From: Auanema rhodensis
Taxonomy: Eukaryota; Animalia; Nematoda
Length of the DNA: 64,000 bases
Assembly (NCBI GenBank): GCA_964057225.1
Contig: OZ059900.1
Coordinates: 22,444,001-22,508,000 of the forward strand
Reading direction: 5' to 3'
Each line of letters begins with the position of its first letter. Within the stretch, counting starts at the first letter, position 1. A program made the translations under genes and the position numbers. The notes below the pieces were generated by a model. It had not been told where the DNA came from. It ran no database searches and worked only from the letters and a program-made list of their open reading frames with translations. Below, piece by piece: positions 53,301 to 64,000 of the stretch.

Positions 53301-56300
53301 TCTAGTTCCACTTTCACGACAAAAAAACAGGGGTTAGAAAATTAAGGAAATTAGCATATTCTGAGGGCACGCCCCTTATGGCTAATATTGATTAAATCGA
53401 TTTTTGTTCATATGAGTCGTCAAATGCAATTAATTTCAGCGTGTTACATACTAAAATGAAGCATTTTACATGCTGAACACTAAAAAAATACAAAAACACA
53501 GTATTTCCCATGAGAAATATTTTATTATGCTGGAAAACCAGTTTTTGGAAAGTTCGCTGTAAACAAGGTTTTGACTTACGATTTCATGTGTTCAAACTCA
53601 TGCAATGTCAATGAAACCTAGCTCAAAATTGTTCGTACAACGTCTAGTTCCACTTTCACGACAAAAAAACAGGGGTTAGAAAATTAAGGAAATTAGCATA
53701 TTCTGAGGGCACGCCCCTTATGGCTAATATTGATTAAATCGATTTTTGTTCATATGAGTCGTCAAATGCAATTAATTTCAGCGTGTTACATACTAAAATG
53801 AAGCATTTTACATGCTGAACACTAAAAAAATACAAAAACACAGTATTTCCCATGAGAAATATTTTATTATGCTGGAAAACGAGTTTTTGGAAATTTCGCT
53901 GTAAACAAGGTTTTGACTTACGATTTCATGTGTTCAAACTCATGCAATGTCAATGAAACCTAGCTCAAAATTGTTCCTACAACGTCTAGTTCCACTTTCA
54001 CGACAAAAAAACAGGGGTTAGAAAATTAAGGAAATTAGCATATTCTGAGGGCACGCCCCTTATGGCTAATATTGATTAAATCGATTTTTGTTCATATGAG
54101 TCGTCAAATGCAACGAATTTCAGCGTGTTACATACTTAAATGAAGCATTTTACATGCTGAACACTAGAAAAATACAAAAACACAGTTTTTCCCATGAGAA
54201 ATATTTTATTATGCTGGAAAACCAGTTTTTGGAAATTTCGCTGTAAACAAGGTTTTGACTTACGATTTCATGTGTTCAAACTCATGCAATGTCAATGAAA
54301 CCTAGCTCAAAATTGTTCGTACAACGTCTAGTTCCACTTTCACGACAAAAAAACAGGGGTTAGAAAATTAAGGAAATTAGCATATTCTGAGGGCACGCCC
54401 CTTATGGCTAATATTGATTAAATCGATTTTTGTTCATATGAGTCGTCAAATGCAACGAATTTCAGCGTGTTACATACTAAAATGAAGCATTTTACATGCT
54501 GAACACTAAAAAAATACAAAAACACAGTATTTCCCATGAGAAATATTTTATTATGCTGGAAAACGAGTTTTTGGAAATTTCGCTGTAAACAAGGTTTTGA
54601 CTTACGATTTCATGTGTTCAAACTCATGCAATGTCAATGAAACCTAGCTCAAAATTGTTCCTACAACGTCTAGTTCCACTTTCACGACAAAAAAACAGGG
54701 GTTAGAAAATTAAGGAAATTAGCATATTCTGAGGGCACGCCCCTTATGGCTAATATTGATTAAATCGATTTTTGTTCATATGAGTCGTCAAATGCAACGA
54801 ATTTCAGCGTGTTACATACTTAAATGAAGCATTTTACATGCTGAACACTAGAAAAATACAAAAACACAGTTTTTCCCATGAGAAATATTTTATTATGCTG
54901 GAAAACCAGTTTTTGGAAATTTCGCTGTAAACAAGGTTTTGACTTACGATTTCATGTGTTCAAACTCATGCAATGTCAATGAAACCTAGCTCAAAATTGT
55001 TCGTACAACGTCTAGTTCCACTTTCACGACAAAAAAACAGGGGTTAGAAAATTAAGGAAATTAGCATATTCTGAGGGCACGCCCCTTATGGCTAATATTG
55101 ATTAAATCGATTTTTGTTCATATGAGTCGTCAAATGCAACGAATTTCAGCGTGTTACATACTAAAATGAAGCATTTTACATGCTGAACACTAGAAAAATA
55201 CAAAAACACAGTATTTCCCATGAGAAATATTTTATTATGCTGGAAAACCAGTTTTTGGAAAGTTCGCTGTAAACAAGGTTTTGACTTACGATTTCATGTG
55301 TTCAAACTCATGCAATGTCAATGAAACCTAGCTCAAAATTGTTCGTACAACGTCTAGTTCCACTTTCACGACAAAAAAACAGGGGTTAGAAAATTAAGGA
55401 AATTAGCATATTCTGAGGGCACGCCCCTTATGGCTAATATTGATTAAATCGATTTTTGTTCATATGAGTCGTCAAATGCAATTAATTTCAGCGTGTTACA
55501 TACTAAAATGAAGCATTTTACATGCTGAACACTAAAAAAATACAAAAACACAGTATTTCCCATGAGAAATATTTTATTATGCTGGAAAACCAGTTTTTGG
55601 AAAGTTCGCTGTAAACAAGGTTTTGACTTACGATTTCATGTGTTCAAACTCATGCAATGTCAATGAAACCTAGCTCAAAATTGTTCGTACAACGTCTAGT
55701 TCCACTTTCACGACAAAAAAACAGGGGTTAGAAAATTAAGGAAATTAGCATATTCTGAGGGCACGCCCCTTATGGCTAATATTGATTAAATCGATTTTTG
55801 TTCATATGAGTCGTCAAATGCAACGAATTTCAGCGTATTACAAACTAAAATGAAGTATTTCACATGCTGAACACTAGAAAAATACAAAAACACAGTATTT
55901 CCCATGAGAAATATTTTATTATGCTGGAAAACGAGTTTTTGGAAATTTCGCTGTAAACAAGGTTTTGACTTACGATTTCATGTGTTCAAACTCATGCAAT
56001 GTCAATGAAACCTAGCTCAAAATTGTTCCTACAACGTCTAGTTCCACTTTCACGACAAAAAAACAGGGGTTAGAAAATTAAGGAAATTAGCATATTCTGA
56101 GGGCACGCCCCTTATGGCTAATATTGATTAAATCGATTTTTGTTCATATGAGTCGTCAAATGCAACGAATTTCAGCGTGTTACATACTTAAATGAAGCAT
56201 TTTACATGCTGAACACTAGAAAAATACAAAAACACAGTATTTCCCATGAGAAATATTTTATTATACTGGAAACCAGTTTTTGGAATTTTCGCTGTAAACA

Positions 56301-59300
56301 AGGTTTTGACTTACGATTTCATGTGTTCAAACTCATGCAATGTCAATGAAACCTAGCTCAAAACTGTTCGTACAACGTCTAGTTCCACTTTCACGACAAA
56401 AAAACAGGGGTTAGAAAATTTAGGAAATTAGCATACTCTGAGGGCACGCCCCTTATGGCTAATATTGATTAAATCGATTTTTGTTCATATGAGTCGTCAA
56501 ATGCAATTAATTTCAGCGTGTTACATACTAAAATGAAGCATTTTACATGCTGAACACTAAAAAAATACAAAAACACAGTATTTCCCATGAGAAATATTTT
56601 ATTATGCTGGAAAACGAGTTTTTGGAAATTTCGCTGTAAACAAGGTTTTGACTTACGATTTCATGTGTTCAAACTCATGCAATGTCAATGAAACCTAGCT
56701 CAAAATTGTTCCTATAACGTCTAGTTCCACTTTCACGACAAAAAAACAGGGGTTAGAAAATTAAGGAAATTAGCATATTCTGAGGGCACGCCCCTTATGG
56801 CTAATATTGATTAAATCGATTTTTGTTCATATGAGTCGTCAAATGCAACGAATTTCAGCGTGTTACATACTTAAATGAAGCATTTTACATGCTGAACACT
56901 AGAAAAATACAAAAACACAGTATTTCCCATGAGAAATATTTTATTATACTGGAAACCAGTTTTTGGAATTTTCGCTGTAAACAAGGTTTTGACTTACGAT
57001 TTCATGTGTTCAAACTCATGCAATGTCAATGAAACCTAGCTCAAAACTGTTCGTACAACGTCTAGTTCCACTTTCACGACAAAAAAACAGGGGTTAGAAA
57101 ATTTAGGAAATTAGCATATTCTGAGGGCACGCCCCTTATGGCTAATATTGATTAAATCGATTTTTGTTCATATGAGTCGTCAAATGCAACGAATTTCAGC
57201 GTGTTACATACTAAAATGAAGTATTTTACATGCTGAACACTAGAAAAGTACAAAAACACAGTATTTCCCATAAGAAATATTTTATTATACTGGAAACCAG
57301 TTTTTGGAATTTTCGCTGTAAACAAGGTTTTGACTTACGATTTCATGTGTTCAAACTCATGCAATGTCAATGAAACCTAGCTCAAAATTGTTCGTACAAC
57401 GTCTAGTTCCACTTTCACGACAAAAAAACAGGGGTTAGAAAATTAAGGAAATTAGCATATTCTGAGGGCACGCCCCTTATGGCTAATATTGATTAAATCG
57501 ATTTTTGTTCATATGAGTCGTCAAATGCAATTAATTTCAGCGTGTTACATACTTAAATGAAGCATTTTACATGCTGAACACTAGAAAAATACAAAAACAC
57601 AGTATTTCCCATGAGAAATATTTTATTATACTGGAAACCAGTTTTTGGAATTTTCGCTGTAAACAAGGTTTTGACTTACGATTTCATGTGTTCAAACTCA
57701 TGCAATGTCAATGAAACCTAGCTCAAAACTGTTCGTACAACGTTTAGTTCCACTTTCACGACAAAAAAACAGGGGTTAGAAAATTTAGGAAATTAGCATA
57801 TTCTGAGGGCACGCCCCTTATGGCTAATATTGATTAAATCGATTTTTGTTCATATGAGTCGTCAAATGCAACGAATTTCAGCGTGTTACATACTAAAATG
57901 AAGCATTTTACATGCTGAACACTAGAAAAATACAAAAACACAGTTTTTCCCATGAGAAATATTTTATTATGCTGGAAAACCAGTTTTTGGAAATTTCGCT
58001 GTAAACAAGGTTTTGACTTACGATTTCATGTGTTCAAACTCATGCAATGTCAATGAAACCTAGCTCAAAATTGTTCGTACAACGTCTAGTTCCACTTTCA
58101 CGACAAAAAAACAGGGGTTAGAAAATTTAGGAAATTAGCATATTCTGAGGGCACGCCCCTTATGGCTAATATTGATTAAATCGATTTTTGTTCATATGAG
58201 TCGTCAAATGCAACGAATTTCATCGTGTTACATACTAAAATGAAGTATTTTACATGCTGAACACTAGAAAAATACAAAAACACAGTATTTCCCATGAGAA
58301 ATATTTTATTATGCTGGAAAACCAGTTTTTGGAAGTTTCGCTGTAAACAAGGTTTTGACTTACGATTTCATGTGTTCAAACTCATGCAATGTCAATGAAA
58401 CCTAGCTCAAAATTGTTCCTACAACGTCTAATTCCACTTTCACGACAAAAAAACAGGGGTTAGAAAATTAAGGAAATTAGCATATTCTGAGGGCACGCCC
58501 CTTATGGCTAATATTGATTAAATCGATTTTTGTTCATATGAGTCGTCAAATGCAACGAATTTCAGCGTGTTACATACTAAAATGAAGCATTTTACATGCT
58601 GAACACTATAAAAATACAAAAACACAGTATTTCCCATGAGAAATATTTTATTATGCTGGAAAACCAGTTTTTGGAAATTTCGCTGTAAACAAGGTTTTGA
58701 CTTACGATTTCATGTGTTCAAACTCATGCAATGTCAATGAAACCTAGCTCAAAATTGTTCCTACAACGTCTAGTTCCACTTTCACGACAAAAAACAGGGG
58801 TTAGAAAATTAAGGAAATTAGCATATTCTGAGGGCACGCCCCTTATGGCTAATATTGATTAAATCGATTTTTGTTCATATGAGTCGTCAAATGCAACGAA
58901 TTTCAGCGTGTTACATACTAAAATGAAGCATTTTACATGCTGAACACTAGAAAAATACAAAAACACAGTATTTCCCATGAGAAATATTTTATTATGCTGG
59001 AAAACCAGTTTTTGGAAAGTTCGCTGTAAACAAGGTTTTGACTTACGATTTCATGTGTTCAAACTCATGCAATGTCAATGAAACCTAGCTCAAAATTGTT
59101 CGTACAACGTCTAGTTCCACTTTCACGACAAAAAAACAGGGGTTAGAAAATTAAGGAAATTAGCATATTCTGAGGGCACGCCCCTTATGGCTAATATTGA
59201 TTAAATCGATTTTTGTTCATATGAGTCGTCAAATGCAATTAATTTCAGCGTGTTACATACTAAAATGAAGCATTTTACATGCTGAACACTAAAAAAATAC

Positions 59301-59757
59301 AAAAACACAGTATTTCCCATGAGAAATATTTTATTATGCTGGAAAACCAGTTTTTGGAAAGTTCGCTGTAAACAAGGTTTTGACTTACGATTTCATGTGT
59401 TCAAACTCATGCAATGTCAATGAAACCTAGCTCAAAATTGTTCGTACAACGTCTAGTTCCACTTTCACGACAAAAAAACAGGGGTTAGAAAATTAAGGAA
59501 ATTAGCATATTCTGAGGGCACGCCCCTTATGGCTAATATTGATTAAATCGATTTTTGTTCATATGAGTCGTCAAATGCAATTAATTTCAGCGTGTTACAT
59601 ACTAAAATGAAGCATTTTACATGCTGAACACTAAAAAAATACAAAAACACAGTATTTCCCATGAGAAATATTTTATTATGCTGGAAAACGAGTTTTTGGA
59701 AATTTCGCTGTAAACAAGGTTTTGACTTACGATTTCATGTGTTCAAACTCATGCAAT

Positions 59758-62700
59758 GTCAATGAAACCTAGCTCAAAATTGTTCCTACAACGTCTAGTT
59801 CCACTTTCACGACAAAAAAACAGGGGTTAGAAAATTAAGGAAATTAGCATATTCTGAGGGCACGCCCCTTATGGCTAATATTGATTAAATCGATTTTTGT
59901 TCATATGAGTCGTCAAATGCAACGAATTTCAGCGTGTTACATACTTAAATGAAGCATTTTACATGCTGAACACTAGAAAAATACAAAAACACAGTATTTC
60001 CCATGAGAAATATTTTATTATACTGGAAACCAGTTTTTGGAATTTTCGCTGTAAACAAGGTTTTGACTTACGATTTCATGTGTTCAAACTCATGCAATGT
60101 CAATGAAACCTAGCTCAAAACTGTTCGTACAACGTCTAGTTCCACTTTCACGACAAAAAAACAGGGGTTAGAAAATTTAGGAAATTAGCATATTCTGAGG
60201 GCACGCCCCTTATGGCTAATATTGATTAAATCGATTTTTGTTCATATGAGTCGTCAAATGCAACGAATTTCAGCGTGTTACATACTAAAATGAAGCATTT
60301 TACATGCTGAACACTAGAAAAAAACAAAAACACAGTTTTTCCCATGAGAAATATTTTATTATGCTGGAAAACCAGTTTTTGGAAATTTCGCTGTAAACAA
60401 GGTTTTGACTTACGATTTCATGTGTTCAAACTCATGCAATGTCAATGAAACCTAGCTCAAAACTGTTCGTACAACGTCTGGTTCCACTTTCACGACAAAA
60501 AAACAGGGGTTAGAAAATTTAGGAAATTAGCATATTCTGAGGGCACGCCCCTTATGGCTAATATTGATTAAATCGATTTTTGTTCATATGAGTCGTCAAA
60601 TGCAACGAATTTCAGCGTGTTACATACTAAAATGAAGTATTTTACATGCTGAACACTAGAAAAATGCAAAAACACAGTATTTCCCATAAGAAATATTTTA
60701 TTATGCTGGAAAACCAGTTTTTGGAAATTTCGCTGTAAACAAGGTTTTGACTTACGATTTCATGTGTTCAAACTCATGCAATGTCAATGAAACCTAGCTC
60801 AAAATTGTTCGTACAACGTCTAGTTACACTTTCACGACAAAAAAACAGGGGTTAGAAAATTAAGGAAATTAGCATATTCTGAGGGCACGCCCCTTATGGC
60901 TAATATTGATTAAATCGATGTTTGTTCATATGAGTCGTCAAATGCAACGAATTTCAGCGTGTTACATACTAAAATGAAGTATTTTACATGCTGAACACTA
61001 GAAAAATACAAAAACACAGTATTTCCCATGAGAAATATTTTATTATGCTGGAAAACCAGTTTTTGGAAATTTCGCTGTAAACAAGGTTTTGACTTACGAT
61101 TTCATGTGTTCAAACTCATGCAATGTCAATGAAACCTAGCTCAAAATTGTTTGTACAACGTCTAGTTCCACTTTCACGACAAAAAAACAGGGGTTAGAAA
61201 ATTAAGGAAATTAGCATATTCTGAGGGCACGCCCCTTATGGCTAATATTGATTAAATCGATTTTTGTTCATATGAGTAGTCAAATGCAACGAATTTCAGC
61301 GTGTTACATACTTAAATGAAGCATTTTACATGCTGAACACTAGAAAAATACAAAAACACAGTATTTCCCATGAGAAATATTTTATTATACTGGAAACCAG
61401 TTTTTGGAATTTTCGCTGTAAACAAGGTTTTGACTTACAATTTCATGTGTTCAAACTCATGCAATGTCAATGAAACCTAGCTCAAAATTGTTCGTACAAC
61501 GTCTAGTTCCACTTTCACGACAAAAAAACAGGGGTTAGAAAATTAAGGAAATTAGCATATTCTGAGGGCACGCCCCTTATGGCTAATATTGATTAAATCG
61601 ATTTTTGTTCATATGAGTCGTCAAATGCAACGAATTTCAGCGTGTTACATACTAAAATGAAGCATTTTACATGCTGAACACTAGAAAAATACAAAAACAC
61701 AGTATTTCCCATGAGAAATATTTTATTATGCTGGAAAACCAGTTTTTGGAAATTTCGCTGTAAACAAGGTTTTGACTTACGATTTCATGTGTTCAAACTC
61801 ATGCAATGTCAATGAAACCTAGCTCAAAATTGTTCGTACAACGTCTAGTTCCACTTTCACGACAAAAAAACAGGGGTTAGAAAATTTAGGAAATTAGCAT
61901 ATTCTGAGGGCACGCCCCTTATGGCTAATATTGATTAAATCGATTTTTGTTCATATGAGTCGTCAAATGCAACGAATTTCAGCGTGTTACATACTAAAAT
62001 GAAGTATTTTGCATGCTGAACACTAGAAAAATACAAAAACACAGTATTTCCCATGAGAAATATTTTATTATGCTGGAAAACCAGTTTTTGGAAATTTCGC
62101 TGTAAACAAGGTTTTGACTTACGATTTCATGTGTTCAAACTCATGCAATGTCAATGAAACCTAGCTAAAAATTGTTCCTACAACGTCTAGTTCCACTTTC
62201 ACGACAAAAAACAGGGGTTAGAAAATTAAGGAAATTAGCATAATCTGAGGGCACGCCCCTTATGGCTAATATTGATTAAATCGATTTTTGTTCATATGAG
62301 TCGTCAAATGCAACGAATTTCAGCGTGTCACATACTTAAATGAAGCATTTTACATGCTGAACACTAGAAAAATACAAAAACACAGTATTTCCCATGAGAA
62401 ATATTTTATTATGCTGGAAAACCACTTTTTGGAAATTTCGCTGTAAACAAGGTTTTGACTTACGATTTCATGTGTTCAAACTCATGCAATGTCAATGAAA
62501 CCTAGCTCAAAACTGTTCCTACAACGTCTAGTTCCACTTTCACGACAAAAAAACAGGGGTTAGAAAATTAAGGAAATTAGCATATTCTGAGGGCACGACC
62601 CTTATGGCTAATATTGATTAAATCGATTTTTGTTCATATGAGTCGTCAAATGCAACGAATTTCAGCGTGTTACATACTAAAATGAAGCATTTTACATGCT

Positions 62701-64000
62701 GAACACTAAAAAAATACAAAAACACAGTATTTCCCATGAGAAATATTTTATTATGCTGGAAAACGAGTTTTTGGAAATTTCGCTGTAAACAAGGTTTTGA
62801 CTTACGATTTCATGTGTTCAAACTCATGCAATGTCAATGAAACCTAGCTCAAAATTGTTCCTACAACGTCTAGTTCCACTTTCACGACAAAAAAACAGGG
62901 GTTAGAAAATTAAGGAAATTAGCATATTCTGAGGGCACGCCCCTTATGGCTAATATTGATTAAATCGATTTTTGTTCATATGAGTCGTCAAATGCAACGA
63001 ATTTCAGCGTGTTACATACTTAAATGAAGCATTTTACATGCTGAACACTAGAAAAATACAAAAACACAGTATTTCCCATGAGAAATATTTTATTATACTG
63101 GAAACCAGTTTTTGGAATTTTCGCTGTAAACAAGGTTTTGACTTACGATTTCATGTGTTCAAACTCATGCAATGTCAATGAAACCTAGCTCAAAACTGTT
63201 CGTACAACGTCTAGTTCCACTTTCACGACAAAAAAACAGGGGTTAGAAAATTTAGGAAATTAGCATATTCTGAGGGCACGCCCCTTATGGCTAATATTGA
63301 TTAAATCGATTTTTGTTCATATGAGTCGTCAAATGCAACGAATTTCAGCGTGTTACATACTAAAATGAAGCATTTTACATGCTGAACACTAGAAAAATAC
63401 AAAAACACAGTTTTTCCCATGAGAAATATTTTATTATGCTGGAAAACCAGTTTTTGGAAATTTCGCTGTAAACAAGGTTTTGACTTACGATTTCATGTGT
63501 TCAAACTCATGCAATGTCAATGAAACCTAGCTCAAAACTGTTCGTACAACGTCTGGTTCCACTTTCACGACAAAAAAACAGGGGTTAGAAAATTTAGGAA
63601 ATTAGCATATTCTGAGGGCACGCCCCTTATGGCTAATATTGATTAAATCGATTTTTGTTCATATGAGTCGTCAAATGCAACGAATTTCAGCGTGTTACAT
63701 ACTAAAATGAAGTATTTTACATGCTGAACACTAGAAAAATACAAAAACACAGTATTTCCCATAAGAAATATTTTATTATGCTGGAAAACCAGTTTTTGGA
63801 AATTTCGCTGTAAACAAGGTTTTGACTTACGATTTCATGTGTTCAAACTCATGCAATGTCAATGAAACCTAGCTCAAAATTGTTCGTACAACGTCTAGTT
63901 ACACTTTCACGACAAAAAAACAGGGGTTAGAAAATTAAGGAAATTAGCATATTCTGAGGGCACGCCCCTTATGGCTAATATTGATTAAATCGATGTTTGT
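59758..64000 (+). repeat. Duplication at 9-monomer offset (3075 bp): block from 59758 repeated from 62833 to the window end
   Basis: The rare markers GTCTGGTT (monomers 60441 and 63516) and TTACAC+CGATGTTT (monomers 60783 and 63858) are shared in order. Confidence 0.85.

Larger units (their letters stand above)
1..64000 (+). repeat. Tandem satellite DNA array, 342-bp monomer, ~187 full copies plus one partial copy; runs off both window ends
   Basis: The unit GTCAATGAAACCTAGCTCAAAATTG...TTCAAACTCATGCAAT restarts at 1, 343, 685, 1027, 1370 ... 63174, 63516, 63858. There is no intervening unique sequence and no strand switch. Lengths are mostly 341-342 bp (range 340-345, plus one of 292). Confidence 0.99.

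Noticed and set aside
1-64000. CRISPR array or repeat-spacer system
   Set aside because: There are no unique spacers. The entire 342-bp unit is repeated and no cas or other genes are present.
1-64000. A single fixed higher-order repeat period, or a code in the monomer order
   Set aside because: Periods vary (1, 2, 3, 6, 7, 8, 9, 10 monomers) and each block has only two or three local copies. Ordinary nested duplication and conversion explain the order.

Overview
The whole 64 kb is one head-to-tail tandem satellite array: 187 complete monomers plus a 143-bp partial copy at the end (hand count), all in one orientation. The monomer is 342 bp, about 34% GC, and most copies differ from consensus at only a few positions. 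I find no credible gene, RNA gene, transposon, CRISPR array or unique sequence. The single 64-aa ORF is a by-product of one variant monomer. This looks like eukaryotic (peri)centromeric-type satellite DNA, but I cannot name the organism or family from sequence alone, and I see no new gene system here. The points of interest are structural. (1) The 342-mer appears to be an old, diverged dimer of ~171 bp, with one CENP-B-box-like 17-mer per dimer. (2) Each monomer carries many dyad symmetries. (3) Shared variants reveal nested local duplications of 3-10 monomers and a ~34-39 kb recurrence of the monomer order. (4) The only large break in monomer phase, a 50-bp loss at 14083/14084, is the junction of a 2001-bp tandem duplication. 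All comparisons were made by eye and should be confirmed computationally.
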